63,344 nucleotides of DNA, filler included, from Folioceros fuciformis (GCA_049999805.1; 31 parts of 31 records of this genome joined end to end with filler, not necessarily neighbours in it); one strand, 5' to 3'; shown: positions 44,381-56,545, counted from the whole stretch's first letter. Program-made: numbers and translations. Notes: generated by a model from the letters alone, not told the origin.

Positions 44381-46662
44381 GAGCCTTGGGAATAATGTCA
44401 GCTATGGAACCTTATGATATTTTGAAGGATTTGGATACAATTCATCCTACGATTTCCATGAAGCAATTATTGGCAGTAGCACCTGAGTGTAGATCAACTC
44501 TCAATGCTTCGCTAATAAGAAGACGGCAAAGGAATAAGGAAATACATGAAGTTAGTTTAAATCCCGATCCGGGAGCACCAGTCATTGATGTGACAATTGA
44601 TGGTTTATTGATACCGGGGGTGCAAGTGGATGGTGGTTCTAGTGTAAACCTTATGACTGCGGATACGATGGAGTTATTGGGTTTGCAGAATCTGATACCC
44701 ACGGAGCTTATGTTGCGAATGGCCGATCATAGTAAGGTTCGACCAATGGGAGTATTAGTGAATGTCCATACTGTTATAGCTGGGATCAGATACAAAATTG
44801 ATTACGTAGTGTTTAAGTTACAAAGTTCGACACTATCGTACCCAATTTTGTTGGGAAGACCATGGTTGTTCCATGCGAAAGCACGGAATGATTGGGGTCG
44901 AGGCACATTAACAATTGGAAAAGGAAGTAATCGGATTGTCCTACAGATGTACCCAGTTCATTATCATGGAGAATCCCAGATTCAACCTACAGAGTTTACT
45001 TCTGAAGGAGCTGATAGCTCAGAGGAAGATGATGACTACTCGTATGAAGGAGACCAGTTACTTCAACCTGATTCCCCTTCAGCGAAGGGTGGTATTATAT
45101 ATCAATGTGGAGGACCAGGGGAATATTTATTGTATCAGGAAGAGACTGAGAATTCGGATCATGCTTTAGCAAAATGGATGAACAATTACCCAGTTCATCA
45201 AATTAGTGCAATGGAACCGGCATTAAGTTCTACCAATTTATCTGACTATTTGACGGGGGCTGAACCCGTCAAACCAATGCAGTTTAATGAACGACCTGAA
45301 TGCATCTGCCAAGATGTTAATATTGGCACCAACGATGAGCGCCAAGTTATAAAAATCTATCAAGGAATACAAGGAGCGGAACTTCAGACGTGGATTGATT
45401 TTTTTCTTTCTCATAAGTCGTCGTTTGCTTGGACATATGCCGATTTGAAAGGAATTCCTGCCGAAATTGGTGAGCATCGTATCATATTGGAAGCGGGTGC
45501 AGTACCAATTCGACAACGTCAACACCGTTTAAACCCGAAGTACTCTTTAATGGTAAAGGAGGAATTGGACAAACTGTTGAACGTGGGATTTATTTACCCA
45601 GTTCCCCACAGCGAATGGGTATCACCTATAGTTATGGTTCCGAAGAAAAATGGGAAGATTCGTATCTGTCAAGATTATCGTAAATTGAATGCAGCTACTA
45701 AAAAGGATTATTTTCCGTTGCCATTTACGGATAGCATATTGGATGCGGTAGCTGGACATGAGTGTTATTCCTTTTTGGATGGATTTTCCGGCTACAATCA
45801 GGTGAAATTGGCCAAAGATGACCAATTAAAGACAACGTTCACTACGGATTGGGGAACTTTTGCTTATACGGTAATGCCGTTTGGATTATGTAATGCTCCT
45901 GCGACATTTCAACGAGTAATGACTCAGGCTTTTCAGAAACATTTACGTATTTCAATGGAAATCTTTCTGGATGATTTCTGTACATTTAGCACAAAAGCCA
46001 ATCATTTAGAGCGGTTAGGAGATTGTTTGGATGCATGTGCTATCAATGGTATTTCGTTGAATTCGGATAAATGTCAATTGGGTGTACCCTCGGGTAAACT
46101 ATTGGGGCATATCGTATCGTACGCAGGGATTGAAACGGATCCTGATAAAGTTATCCGAATAATGAATTTACCTAGACCTGATACTGTAACAGGAGTACGG
46201 GGTTTTCTTGGTCATGTTAGTTATTATCGACGCTTTATTCGTTCGTTTGCTACTGTTTCTCAACCCCTAACCAATTTATTGAAGAAGTCGTCGGAGAATT
46301 CTCCTCCCATTTGGACTAAGGAGTGCAGTCTCGCATTTGCTGATTTAAAACGGAAATTGGTCACAGCACCAATCGTGGTTGCACCGGATTGGACCAAACC
46401 GTTCCAGGTCTATGTCGATGCCTCCAATTTTGCGGTCGGTTCAGTTCTGAGCCAGAAGGATGAAAAAGGTTTCGACCATCCTATTTATTTCGCCAGTCGT
46501 CAGTTAGTAACCGCTGAACGGAATTATACCACTACGGAACGAGAGGCATTGGGCATGATTTTCTCGGTTCAGAAATTTCGTCATTATTTATTGGGTTACC
46601 CTTTTGTCTTTCATGTTGACCATGATGCCCTTAAGTACATGATCAGTAAACCTCAATTGAGT
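44381..46662 (+). mobile_element. Ty3/gypsy (non-chromovirus) PR-RT-RNase H, uninterrupted across the contig
   Basis: VDGGSSVN, ILLGRPWL, SFLDGFSGYNQ, IFLDDF, YVDASNFAVG; about 760 codons with no stop. Confidence 0.97.
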
Positions 46663-46762
46663 NNNNNNNNNNNNNNNNNNNNNNNNNNNNNNNNNNNNNN
46701 NNNNNNTTAATTAATTAANNNNNNNNNNNNNNNNNNNNNNNNNNNNNNNNNNNNNNNNNNNN

Positions 46763-47432
46763 CCTCAGAAAGCTTCCCCTGATGACATAACATGCTCACG
46801 GTTGCAGCACTTACGACGCCCGTTTTTTTTTTTTTTTTTTTTTTTTTTTTTCGCTTATACACAGAGCTGCACTCGAAAGAAGAGACTCCATGGCCTACTG
46901 GATGTGAAAGTGCTGGGTTTCTTACACTGCTGCCCCTGGAGCCCATTTCACCACCTGTACGCCTTCCAAATTCAGGATTATCTGGAGAGCTCAAGTTGGA
47001 AGGAGAGAAACCGAGACCCATCTGCATATCCAACGAGACGAGCTGCTCATCAACCCAGCCTGGCTTAAACCTGTTGTCCAACCACAGCACCTCGCCGGAC
47101 CCCTTACGCCGGAAGTCAGGGGAACGGGAGCTCTTCTTGTCTCGTCTGTTATCCCACCACCTGGTAGGGTCCAGAAAAAGTTGTTGCCACAACTGCTCCT
47201 GCTGCTCCTGGCAACTACCAGCATCGTCGGAAAACCCGTCCCTGCCCACACACGTTCTCGTTCTCGGAGGTGGAAGTGCTGGGCTCCTCACACTGCTGCA
47301 CCTGGAGCCTTTGTTTGCCAAGGGTTCACTCCCGAAGCTAAGGTGAGCGGGGGTTACTGGTAGAGTTCTTGTACACACACCAATTCCAATTCGTTGGGTC
47401 CACAATAGGTCCGGTTGCCAAACTGTGGCCAT
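46763..47432 (-). CDS. 5' part of a probable organelle-targeted protein with an OSB-type PDF motif, running into a probable PPR region
   Basis: Transit-peptide-like N-terminus; LWQQLFLDPTRWWDNRRDKKSSRSPDFRRKGSGEVLWLD...PGWVDEQL; ends SMLCHQGKLSE at the contig edge. Confidence 0.75.
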
Positions 47433-47548
47433 CGTTCAGGGACCGCTGTCGGAATATGACTCTAGCAAAAGTTTCGTCTAGGCAGATCCCCGGCCGGGTA
47501 CACTCTACATACGTATGTCTGACCACAGCAGCCTGAATGGGTGAACCG

Positions 47549-47724
47549 TGAGCCGTCCTGCCTGAAGGGCTGAGCCGTCCTGCCTGAAGGGCTGAGCCGT
47601 CCTGCCTGAAGGGCTGAGCCGTCCTGCCTGAAGGGGTGATCCTGCCTGAAGGGGTGAGCCGTCCTCCCTGAAGGGGTGAGCCGTCCTCCCTGAAGGGGTG
47701 AGCCGTCCTCCCTGAAGGGGTGAG
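47549..47724. repeat. Minisatellite, about 8 x 22 bp (TGAGCCGTCCTGCCTGAAGGGC)
   Basis: Head-to-tail units with one shortened copy, upstream of the PDF/PPR gene. Confidence 0.95.
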
Positions 47725-48659
47725 GTGTCCTATCATACCTTTGGGCGAGCTGTTGGACTGGTGCTTCAGACCTCTCGACTATGTGACGGATACTGGGTAG
47801 TAACTTTATGTTTCAGTTTAGATATACAAAACAGTTCATTGCTTGTCACCCGCCAATAGAAAAACAAGATTTCATTTCAGGCTTGTCAACGTTAAGTGCA
47901 TGCCATCCTACATATCCCACGAAATTTTAAACGAGCCATGGTAGCACGGTCTCTGTTTCTCATCACGCAGTTCGGTCAGTTGGTATCTTGAAGGCCGAAA
48001 CGGCAACGCGGNNNNNNNNNNNNNNNNNNNNNNNNNNNNNNNNNNNNNNNNNNNNTTAATTAATTAANNNNNNNNNNNNNNNNNNNNNNNNNNNNNNNNN
48101 NNNNNNNNNNNCTTCCTCTTCTTCCTTCCTTCCTTCTCAATCTTCCCTCCTTGTTTCTTCCATTGGATCCAAGTTGCAGGTAGGGATGCTGGCTAGGCTA
48201 TCGACACCAAGTGTTGGAGATCACAACAGATTGATGCAGGTCCAGCCAGGCTTCTCGTGAGCTGTTGGGGTCCAGCCTGCTAGCTGCTGACCAAGGAGCG
48301 AGGAGGCTGTAGCGCTGGAGGAGAGCTCTGCCATTGCCCGCGGTGGGGTGATTTCCTTCCTTCTTCCCCCCCCCTGCCCATTTTCTCCAATCCCGCTGCC
48401 ATCTCCCCTCGCCACGGGCTGATCTAGCCCCTTCCCTTCCAATTTCTCCCTCCCATCCCCTCCTCCTCGCCTCGCAGCCAATCTTCATGTCTGTCCCCCT
48501 CGCTGCTCGCTGATCTGCCCCTCCTCCTCCGCTGCTGTCCATCTCTACCTCCGCCTCCTGCCCATCCTACCCCGCTGCTGACCAATTTTCCTAGCTGCGG
48601 CGGCGCGCCGACTTCCCCAGCCACCGCGGCGCCGGATCTGACCGCCCCGCCCGCTCCCG

Positions 48660-49380
48660 TGCTCCCATCCACCACCTTGCTAATGGTCTCTAGGATTTTG
48701 CGAATCATGGGGACGAGCTGAATCGGCAAGGCTGGTAGACCCACCCACAAAAAATGCCGCTTGATTTTAGACTTAGATTTTTCTTGATTGTACTCCAAGG
48801 AGACCAGGCCTCCACCACCATCGGAGACCAGGCCTCCACCACCATCGGGATAGAGTCTCGGACTGTCAGCGTCGTTTGCAAAAGGGCCTAAGCCCCAACG
48901 GCCTCGTCACACTTTATTTGGAAGGAACCATTTGCTTTCAAGAAAACATATGCAGGGGGGCAACCCGTTACCTGAGCCACCCAGTCCTCCAATTCCTTCA
49001 TAGTAGGAGGACCACCAGACAGGAGCTTCCCCACAACCCAGTTGGCAGCAAGCTTGTCCTCTTCCTTTTGAAAGAATCTCACCTCAGTAAGCACACCCGT
49101 GAGTGGACCCAGATGTAACCCTGACTTTTGTCGAACCCGAGGCATACTCTTGAGAAGGGCCCGGTTGCACATGTGCCTGTGCCTGCGCAGAATCCAAGTC
49201 ATCCAACTGTACCTGCGAGCCTTTCTTTGCCGCGACATTTTTCCGGCTATCATCAGAAGGGTTAGATTCCTTCTCCCCCTCGTTTATCTCCCGCGCCTTC
49301 TGTTTATTATAGCACAAACCGACTACTGCCGCCCATGTGCTACCTGTTAAACCCCTCCGTGGGGGGCTCGCTGACTCCAT
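48660..49380 (-). pseudogene. Plant L1 LINE ORF1 (DUF4283-like), degenerate
   Basis: STWAAVVG, WVVGKLLSGGPPTMKELEDWV, VVEAWSP (24-bp duplication at 48799-48846), LWVGLPALPIQL. Confidence 0.75.
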
Positions 49381-49514
49381 TGAGCCACCGAGCTAGATCC
49401 TTCCCGGTGCCATCGCCGTCCCCTGAGGGCCGTCCCTCCTCATTGCTCATCAGCAGCTCTCCCACCTTCACGTTGCCCCACTTTCAACACGCACCCAACA
49501 GAGTCTACCAAAGT

Positions 49515-50210
49515 GCAGCGGATAAAGACAATTTTAACGGCACTAGGTATGACATATGGAGTGTTAGAATGAAATCAACCTTGCTTGCTCGTGGAGTCTG
49601 GAAGGTGGTTGATGGATCTGATCCGGACCCAGGCACTCCATCTAATCCTACAACAGCAGGAGTTACAATTACCCAAGCACAGAAGGATACATGGGATAAC
49701 CTGAATAGAATTGCCATGGCCTTGCTTGTTAATGGGCTTGATTCAGATCTTGTCCCCGAAGTAGAGTTCCTCACCAATGCCAAGGCAATTTGGGATCAGC
49801 TTGCAGGAACCTACAAAGTTGAAACTATGATGAGCTCATGCGCAGTAAGGCAGCAATTTTATACCTTGCGCATGAAGGAAGGAGATTCTGTTACAGCATT
49901 CACCAGTCGATTTCGGTATTTGCGTGCCCAAATGGCTGCTCTTGGCACAACTATGCAAGAAGTGGATGCGGTGGCTCAGCTTCTCACCAGCCTGCCTCCC
50001 AGTTACCAAACATTTGTCATAACACAGAACGGTCCAATTCGAATTGCTGGCCAGAATGTCAAGCTCACAGATGTCATTGGGGCTCTTTACCAAGAGGAGA
50101 TGAGCCGCCAGAAGGCATCAAGGGGATAGCGTTCTAAAACAGACAAAGTATTTTCTGCGACAAGAGGAGGTCGTTTCAACACAAGAGGTAGAGGGAGAGG
50201 TCAATCACCT
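49515..50210 (+). mobile_element. Ty1/copia gag fragment lying head-to-head with the LINE
   Basis: DKDNFNGTRYDIW, VWKVVDGS, LRMKEGDSV, LLTSLPPSY. Confidence 0.9.
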
Positions 50211-50310
50211 NNNNNNNNNNNNNNNNNNNNNNNNNNNNNNNNNNNNNNNNNNNNTTAATTAATTAANNNNNNNNNNNNNNNNNNNNNNNNNNNNNNNNNN
50301 NNNNNNNNNN

Positions 50311-51319
50311 GCAACTCCACCTCCATGCTGCTCTCACCAATTCTGTCAACCATACATACTTGGTGTGCTGGGCCATAATCCTCATCCTCTTGTCCTGGTA
50401 CCAACTTCACCGCATTGGCTGGTTTGGAAGAGCCGATGATGCTGGACAGGTTGGCTGTCAAGACTCCAAGTTGAGCTGTCATGGCAGCCATGGAAGCCTC
50501 AAGGGAGCTGACCTTGTCAGCAGTGGCGGCTGCCTTAGCCTTGGCCTTGTCACGCTGCTGCTTACTTCGGGACAACCCAACAGCGCTCCTCATTCCTCCT
50601 GCTTCCACGCTGGCAATTGTGGCTCTTGTAGACCCTATGGTACCAATCTTCTGGTATCTTTGTTCGTGGTGCTTTTGGAAGCACATAGTAACCACGTGTC
50701 CATTCTTCTGGCAATGGGTGCAGTAGAGTCCCTCCGAAGGACACTTGCATGCAGGGGACATGTGCTCAGGGCTGCCACAATGGTTACACATGGCTACCAC
50801 TGCTGCCGCCGGAGCTGCTGCTGAAGCTACCTTAACTGGCTTAGTCTAACCAGCCTCGGCTCCTGCACCTGTGTTAGCTGCCCCCTTGCTAGAGAACATG
50901 GACTGGTAGTGCATGAAGGCCTTGGAATGCTGAGAGGCATAGGCCGAAAAGGCTACCTCCTTCTTCTCAGCTTCTTCATGCACTTGCTCCAAAGTATACT
51001 TGTCCCCATATTTGTCCACCAAGGATGTAACCAACTGGAAATGAAACAACGGGTCTCCTTCTAGTGCAGTCAAAACCCTTTGCGTTGCTTCCTGATTTGT
51101 TAACATCCCTGTACCTTCCCTCAATTTCCGTAGCCTCCTAAAGCACATTTGGACTGTCTCCCCCTTTTTGCGAGCAAAGGCAGCAAGTTCTACAATTTTC
51201 TTTGGGGTCTTCAGTGGGAATGCCCTCTCCAAAATAGCTAGGAACTCCTCCACTGGGTTCAGGTACTTGCAGGTGTGTAGAAACTCTTGCACACCAGCTG
51301 TGGCAGTAGCCCGCTCTGC
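50311..51319 (-). mobile_element. LTR-retrotransposon gag with two CCHC zinc knuckles, one in-frame stop
   Basis: RKKGETVQMCFRRL; CNHCGSPEHMSPAC and CTHCQKNGHVVTMC. Confidence 0.75.
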
Positions 51320-51561
51320 NNNNNNNNNNNNNNNNNNNNNNNNNNNNNNNNNNNNNNNNNNNNTTAATTAATTAANNNNNNNNNNNNNNNNNNNNNNNNN
51401 NNNNNNNNNNNNNNNNNNNTCTGGGCAGCCCGACGAGGGCAGTCCCTTTTTGCAGCTTTACAACACGGAGTGAGCTATGGCGCAAAGGCATGGACAATCT
51501 TTTTGTTCTCTTTTTCTGAGTGCACAAGACATTAGCCTTGCAGCTGATGGACTAAATTGAA

Positions 51562-51939
51562 GTGCTCACAACAGCTGATACCGGGAGCACGACAACAACC
51601 AACCTTCCAGAGGAGCCAAAGGAATCGTGCACTCCATCAGGAGCAACTTGTCGAGTTGCATTTCGATTATTGGACGGTCAAGTAGTTCAGCGTCGTTTTC
51701 TGTTGTCCGATTCTTCCTCTTATTTGTGGTTGTTTTGTTTGAAGCAACTACAAGAGACTTGGTTGTTCCACAACTCCAATGAGGAGTTTTGGTTCACTGC
51801 ACCAAGTAGACCTGGTGTTGCAACCAATTATACCTTGGATGCACTATCCTCAAAAACTATAGGAGAGACTGGTGTAGCAAATTGTGTGTTAACCATACAA
51901 AAAAGTCAAAATAATTACTGCAAAATAAAAGCAAATTAA
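51562..51939 (+). CDS. Divergent UBX-domain ORF (PUX7-like C-terminus), possibly a pseudogene or a last exon
   Basis: LPEEPK...CRVAFRLLDGQVVQRRFL...LWLFC...KTIGETGVAN; the in-frame ATG at 51547 is followed by TAA two codons later. Confidence 0.7.
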   Translation: MLTTADTGSTTTTNLPEEPKESCTPSGATCRVAFRLLDGQVVQRRFLLSDSSSYLWLFCLKQLQETWLFHNSNEEFWFTAPSRPGVATNYTLDALSSKTIGETGVANCVLTIQKSQNNYCKIKAN

Positions 51940-52406
51940 GCAAAGTGTTTGGACAAGGTTTGCACTTTAGAGTTGCTCATTTTATAGAAGTGTAAATGTG
52001 TCAAGTATAAAAACACATTATCCAAATTTCTTAGAATGTCTCTCACTACTTTGGGAAGCAGTGTTTGTAGAGGCAACGAGTTATAATATCTTCCTTTCTC
52101 ACATTTGTATTTTCTATATGCATCCCTTTAGCCAGCCTTTGGCCCTTTGGCCCTTTGGTAAAGAAAGCATTTCTTTTGTGTTTAGAAAGAGGACTATGTG
52201 TGATTTTTGGCTGTTAGCAGAGGACAAGGAAATGCCTACCTCAATCAATAAAATTTTGGTTAAATTCAATTTTTAATAACTGCAAGGTACATTGCACATG
52301 AATGCTAAAATTAGTGTCACGAAGCAATATGGGGCAATGAAAACAAAACCGTGGATTCTCACACAGCATCAGGAGTCAGGACCCGGGCGGGTCCAATGTA
52401 CCAAGT

Positions 52407-52486
52407 TGTGAACCTCCAAAGTTTGGGGTAGTAGTTTGTTTTGGTTGAAAAAGGGTTAATAGTGGTATGATTTGGTTTTCTTTTTC
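52407..52486 (+). mobile_element. LTR 5' terminus
   Basis: TGTGAACC start; reverse complement of 315-393. Confidence 0.65.
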
Positions 52487-52586
52487 NNNNNNNNNNNNNN
52501 NNNNNNNNNNNNNNNNNNNNNNNNNNNNNNTTAATTAATTAANNNNNNNNNNNNNNNNNNNNNNNNNNNNNNNNNNNNNNNNNNNN

Positions 52587-53624
52587 AGAAGCCCATATAT
52601 CATCTGCATCCGGAGTAGAAAAGATAGCACATGCATTTGTCACCTCATAATCAACAAATTCTTGTGCAAACATAGTAGGGGTCACTCCTGTTGTGCCAAG
52701 TCCTAAATCCCTCAGCTGACAAAGAAGCATTTCTATTTCTGCGTAATCTCTATTGAACAAATCTTCACGTGTTACTTGGTTGTCTTGTTGTTGCTCATCA
52801 TCACTGTCAGCATTCCATGTCTCAAAACTAAGTTGATTCAAGTCTATATCCGACATGCTAGCACTTGCTCTCTCTCCTGCCATAACCCAGAGTGTTTCCA
52901 ACAATTTCTAATGATTTTCCCTTTAACATCGATACGCCAACCTTTTTCCAACATAGTCATAGCCATGATATGCATCAATAAGAGGAGAATTACCATTTTG
53001 AATCTCTTGGATTTGATTCTGAACAAGCCTTTTCCTGTAATTGGCCTTAAAAGACTGTATAATGTCTGCATCCATGGGTTGGTAACAAGCCGTAAAATTA
53101 GGAGAAAAAAATTCAACCCTTGTAATTTGAAGCTTACTTTGTGTCTCAGCTTATAGTTTATGAACAGGAGCATTATCCAAAAGAAGCAAGACATTAGTAC
53201 GGCCCCTAACTCTCATGTTCGCATCAAAAAAGAGAATAAATTGCTCAAATAAAGCCACTGACATCCAAGCATTTGAGTTTGCTGACCAATGAATACCCAA
53301 ATTCTCCACTCGTCCAATGTTGCGATTGGTAAAAGCTCTGGGCCTCAAGAATTTGTTGATCACAAAGGGTGGTAATTTATAACTACCATCCATATTGGTT
53401 GTTAAAGCAACAGTTAGCCTTTCCTTTGGAGTTTTCTTCCCGCTCAGCCTCTTTGTTGCCAATGTTATGTTCGGTTCCAATCTGTAGAACAACCTTATTT
53501 CATCCATGTTAAAAATATCCTGAGGCTCGTATCCTCGCATGATACTTTTAATGTCTTCTATTCTATCTTGGACCACTTGCGATGTATCAGCACTTGCAGC
53601 TTCTCCATGCTTCACAAAACCTTT
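52587..53624 (-). pseudogene. pogo/Tigger (CENP-B-related, DDE_1) transposase with a stop and a frameshift
   Basis: HGEAASAD, IFNMDEIRLFY, KERLTVAL, NAWM, LLLLDNAPVH, QPMDADIIQSFKANY. Confidence 0.9.
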
Positions 53625-53724
53625 NNNNNNNNNNNNNNNNNNNNNNNNNNNNNNNNNNNNNNNNNNNNTTAATTAATTAANNNNNNNNNNNNNNNNNNNN
53701 NNNNNNNNNNNNNNNNNNNNNNNN

Positions 53725-53922
53725 GGGCCAAGGAGGCACTCGCTCATTCCCCCTCCTTGTCCCGGTCTCCAATACACCCCGAAGCCCAAGAAGGACTTTG
53801 GGCATAAACACCCTGGTCTTATTTACCTACTAAGCCGATTCGCCTGTCCCTTCACAAAAAAAATCACAACCTGCTCATTCCGTCGCTCAAAATGGGGGTT
53901 CCGAAAGTTTTTTTCATTCACA
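53725..53922 (-). mobile_element. Gypsy LTR 5' terminus related to 8455-8661
   Basis: Shared TACTAAGCCGATTC...CTTCAC...CTCAAAATGGG blocks; ends CA on the plus strand. Confidence 0.7.
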
Positions 53923-55588
53923 CCTGGCTCTGGCAGTGCCCCCTGCACCTCGTCCTACGGGCCAGGATTTCCTCCACAGTGGCCGCCGATCCGGCTCTTG
54001 CTGCCTGTCCCTTGATCGTCCCTCCTCATCTGACCAACCTGTGTCCCCCCCAGCCTGGCTGGCCGGCCTAGGGTGGATCGTCGCCTGCTTGCCTAGGTCG
54101 ACTGGCCAGTGGTCGCAACCCGGCCTCCGGATTCAGCCAAGCAACCAGCATGCCCGGCTGGCTGACTACTGGCTTCACCCTCCCAGCGCCTAGCAGCTTG
54201 GGCTCCTTCTTCGAACAACTCCTGAAAGATCTCCTGCAGATCCGATGCCACCCTTCTGACCTCCAATTGTTCTAACTTTTCCTTCAGCTCCAGTTCACCC
54301 TTAGCGAGAGCCTTCTCCCTGCCAACAAAGGCATTCCCCAGCTGCTGCCATAGCCGGCTATAGAGGTCCCCTGGCTCAGCCCCAGCTTGATCCTACAAGC
54401 GCCACCTTGATGCTTGCTTGTCTGCCAGCTTGCCGCGATCCAGCCCAGCCTCCTTGCCAACCAGTCCGCCTGTCTACGCGACTGCGATTCCGTCTAGCTA
54501 ATCGGTACCAAAAACACAAGCACAAAAACAAGAGTTGCTTGGGTTTCACCAAGTCTCCCCGCAATTCCATCCCCAATCCAATCACCCACCTACTTGCCGA
54601 TCTGGCCAACCCATCTGGCCCCCGGCCCTCGGCCTGTGCAATCGCCTACCTGTTACTGGCCGGCCAGCCAGACCCTCGGCGTGGATCCTAGTCCCAGTTT
54701 AGCTCAGATCCACCCTGGCCAGCCACCGATCTGCCCGCCGTCTGTTGAGCCCGGAGCACCCTCCTACTAGCCGCCGATTTGGCCATCCTGCCTATTATTG
54801 GCCTGCTGCTGCTGCTTGGTTGCATGGCCACGGTTTAGCCAGCCTGCCTGGTTCCGGCGAGTGCCTGGATCTGGCGCCTCCCGGCCTGCCTGGATCCGGC
54901 GAGTGCCTGGATCTAGCGCCTCCCGGCCTGCCTAGATCCGTCTCCTGCAGCCACAGCCTGGATGCCAGCCCGTCACCTAAAGCCCGACTTGGCTGCCAAT
55001 CCGGCCAGGTCTGCCTGGCGGGATCCCACCCGGCCAGATTCGCCACCTCCGCTGCTTGGAGTCCACCACCAAACCTCTGCTTGGGTCCTGCAGCCAGGCT
55101 GCTGCCTGGCTTCTAGATCCAACCCCGGCCGCCCAGATTTGGCACCGCTCACTGGCCTGCTCGGGTGCTCCCAATCTGCCAGGATCTGCTTGCAGCCCGC
55201 CTGGCCTAGATCTAGCGCTGCCTGCCTGGCTCCAACTCCGACCAGCCCTGCCGCCCAGCCATCCCTGTGCTGGCTCTGAGCTTGGCGTGTAGGTCCTGCA
55301 GCCTGTCTGGCTGTCTGCTTGCTTGCCTCTTGATCCGGCAAGCCAGCCTCTGAGCCGGCTGCTCCTGTTGCGCTTCGAGCTGCTTGGCTGCTGACGAGCC
55401 CGGCTACCTGCAGCCCCTCGCGCCTGCAGCCAGCCGAACCGCTGGATCCAGCCATGACCCCAGCCCAAACCCGGACTCGGCCTGCTACACCTGTGGATCC
55501 CGGCTAGGCCGCCGCCAACGCGGCCTGCCTCAGCCCCGCTTCACACCTGCCTGGGCCTGCCATAGACTGCCCCGGCGACCTACACAGG
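53923..55588. repeat. GC-rich cryptically simple repeat region
   Basis: CCAGCC/CTGGC/GGATC words; internal 42-bp duplication near 54843-54932; resembles 35800-36942. Confidence 0.6.
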
Positions 55589-55859
55589 CGTGGAGGCAAA
55601 ACCCCGGGCACCGATTGCCAACGGGTTCCACCTTTAGTGGCCACACTTATCCCATTGTCGTTGAGACATTTGGTTTCGTTCCCACGAAGAAGCGATGGGG
55701 TTCCTTGCTGCTGTGGATGGAGGCTCGGACTTGATCAACTCGATGATGGATTCGAGGGCTCCCCTCCAGCTCCGATCAGGCGTAGGACAGGCCTCGCTGT
55801 CCAGCGGTCAGCTACACCTCTCTCAGTGCCCACAAACTCACTCCAGTCACTACAACAAC
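55589..55859 (-). repeat. Full ~270-bp structured repeat, reverse orientation
   Basis: Reverse-complement match to 10053-10323. Confidence 0.9.
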
Positions 55860-56333
55860 TCTAACCTCTCAGATCTGCGACTTCCCTCACACACTTCACT
55901 CACTCTCTCGCTCCAGCACCAACACCAACAACTACCAGCAACCAGCAACGACACCACTACCTTCTACACTTCAAGGTTACTCCTCCTACCCGGCAAGAGT
56001 CACTAGACTAACCCCAAACAAAAGGAAGAAGGGAACACACTCCCCTCTTGGATATCTCCCCCCTACAACCTTACCAGACGCCATGAAACATGGCAGGCCT
56101 ACAACACTTGTCCGAGCAAGGAACAGGAGTGGACAGGTCTAGAGAAAGACACATCCTTTACAATCAAGAGCTAGGGGCAAGCCCCTACACCCTGGTCATT
56201 ACACCTTGTGATCCTACTAGACACTATACAACCNNNNNNNNNNNNNNNNNNNNNNNNNNNNNNNNNNNNNNNNNNNNTTAATTAATTAANNNNNNNNNNN
56301 NNNNNNNNNNNNNNNNNNNNNNNNNNNNNNNNN

Positions 56334-56545
56334 ATCTTAGCTTCATCAAAGGTGACAGTGCGGGCGTAGATAGGAATCCGAGAGTCCAAGTCCATGAGCT
56401 TGTAGGCTTTGCGGTCATCGCCATAACCGACAAACACCAACTTGCGAGCACGAGCATCAAGCTTGTCACGAAGCTGTGATGGGACAAGAGCATAGGCAGG
56501 GCAACCAAAAACACGAAGATGTGAAATTAAAGGCTTGCTCCCATG
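56334..56545 (-). mobile_element. Ty1/copia integrase C-terminal fragment
   Basis: HLRVFGCPAY, KLDARA, FVGY, KAYKL. Confidence 0.88.

Noticed and set aside
46823-46851. Poly-Lys tract as a functional signal
   Set aside because: It derives from a 29-nt homopolymer whose length is unreliable in assemblies
47549-47724. 22-bp array as a CRISPR or as the coding ORF 47338-47736
   Set aside because: Simple minisatellite; the ORF is just its translation
49335-49514. N-terminal part of the 264-aa ORF as a real gag extension
   Set aside because: It is the antisense of the LINE ORF1 start and 5' UTR; gag homology begins only near 49515
53936-55734. Many overlapping 70-160 aa ORFs here and at 61167-62159
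   Set aside because: Expected in GC-rich low-complexity DNA on both strands; no domain motifs
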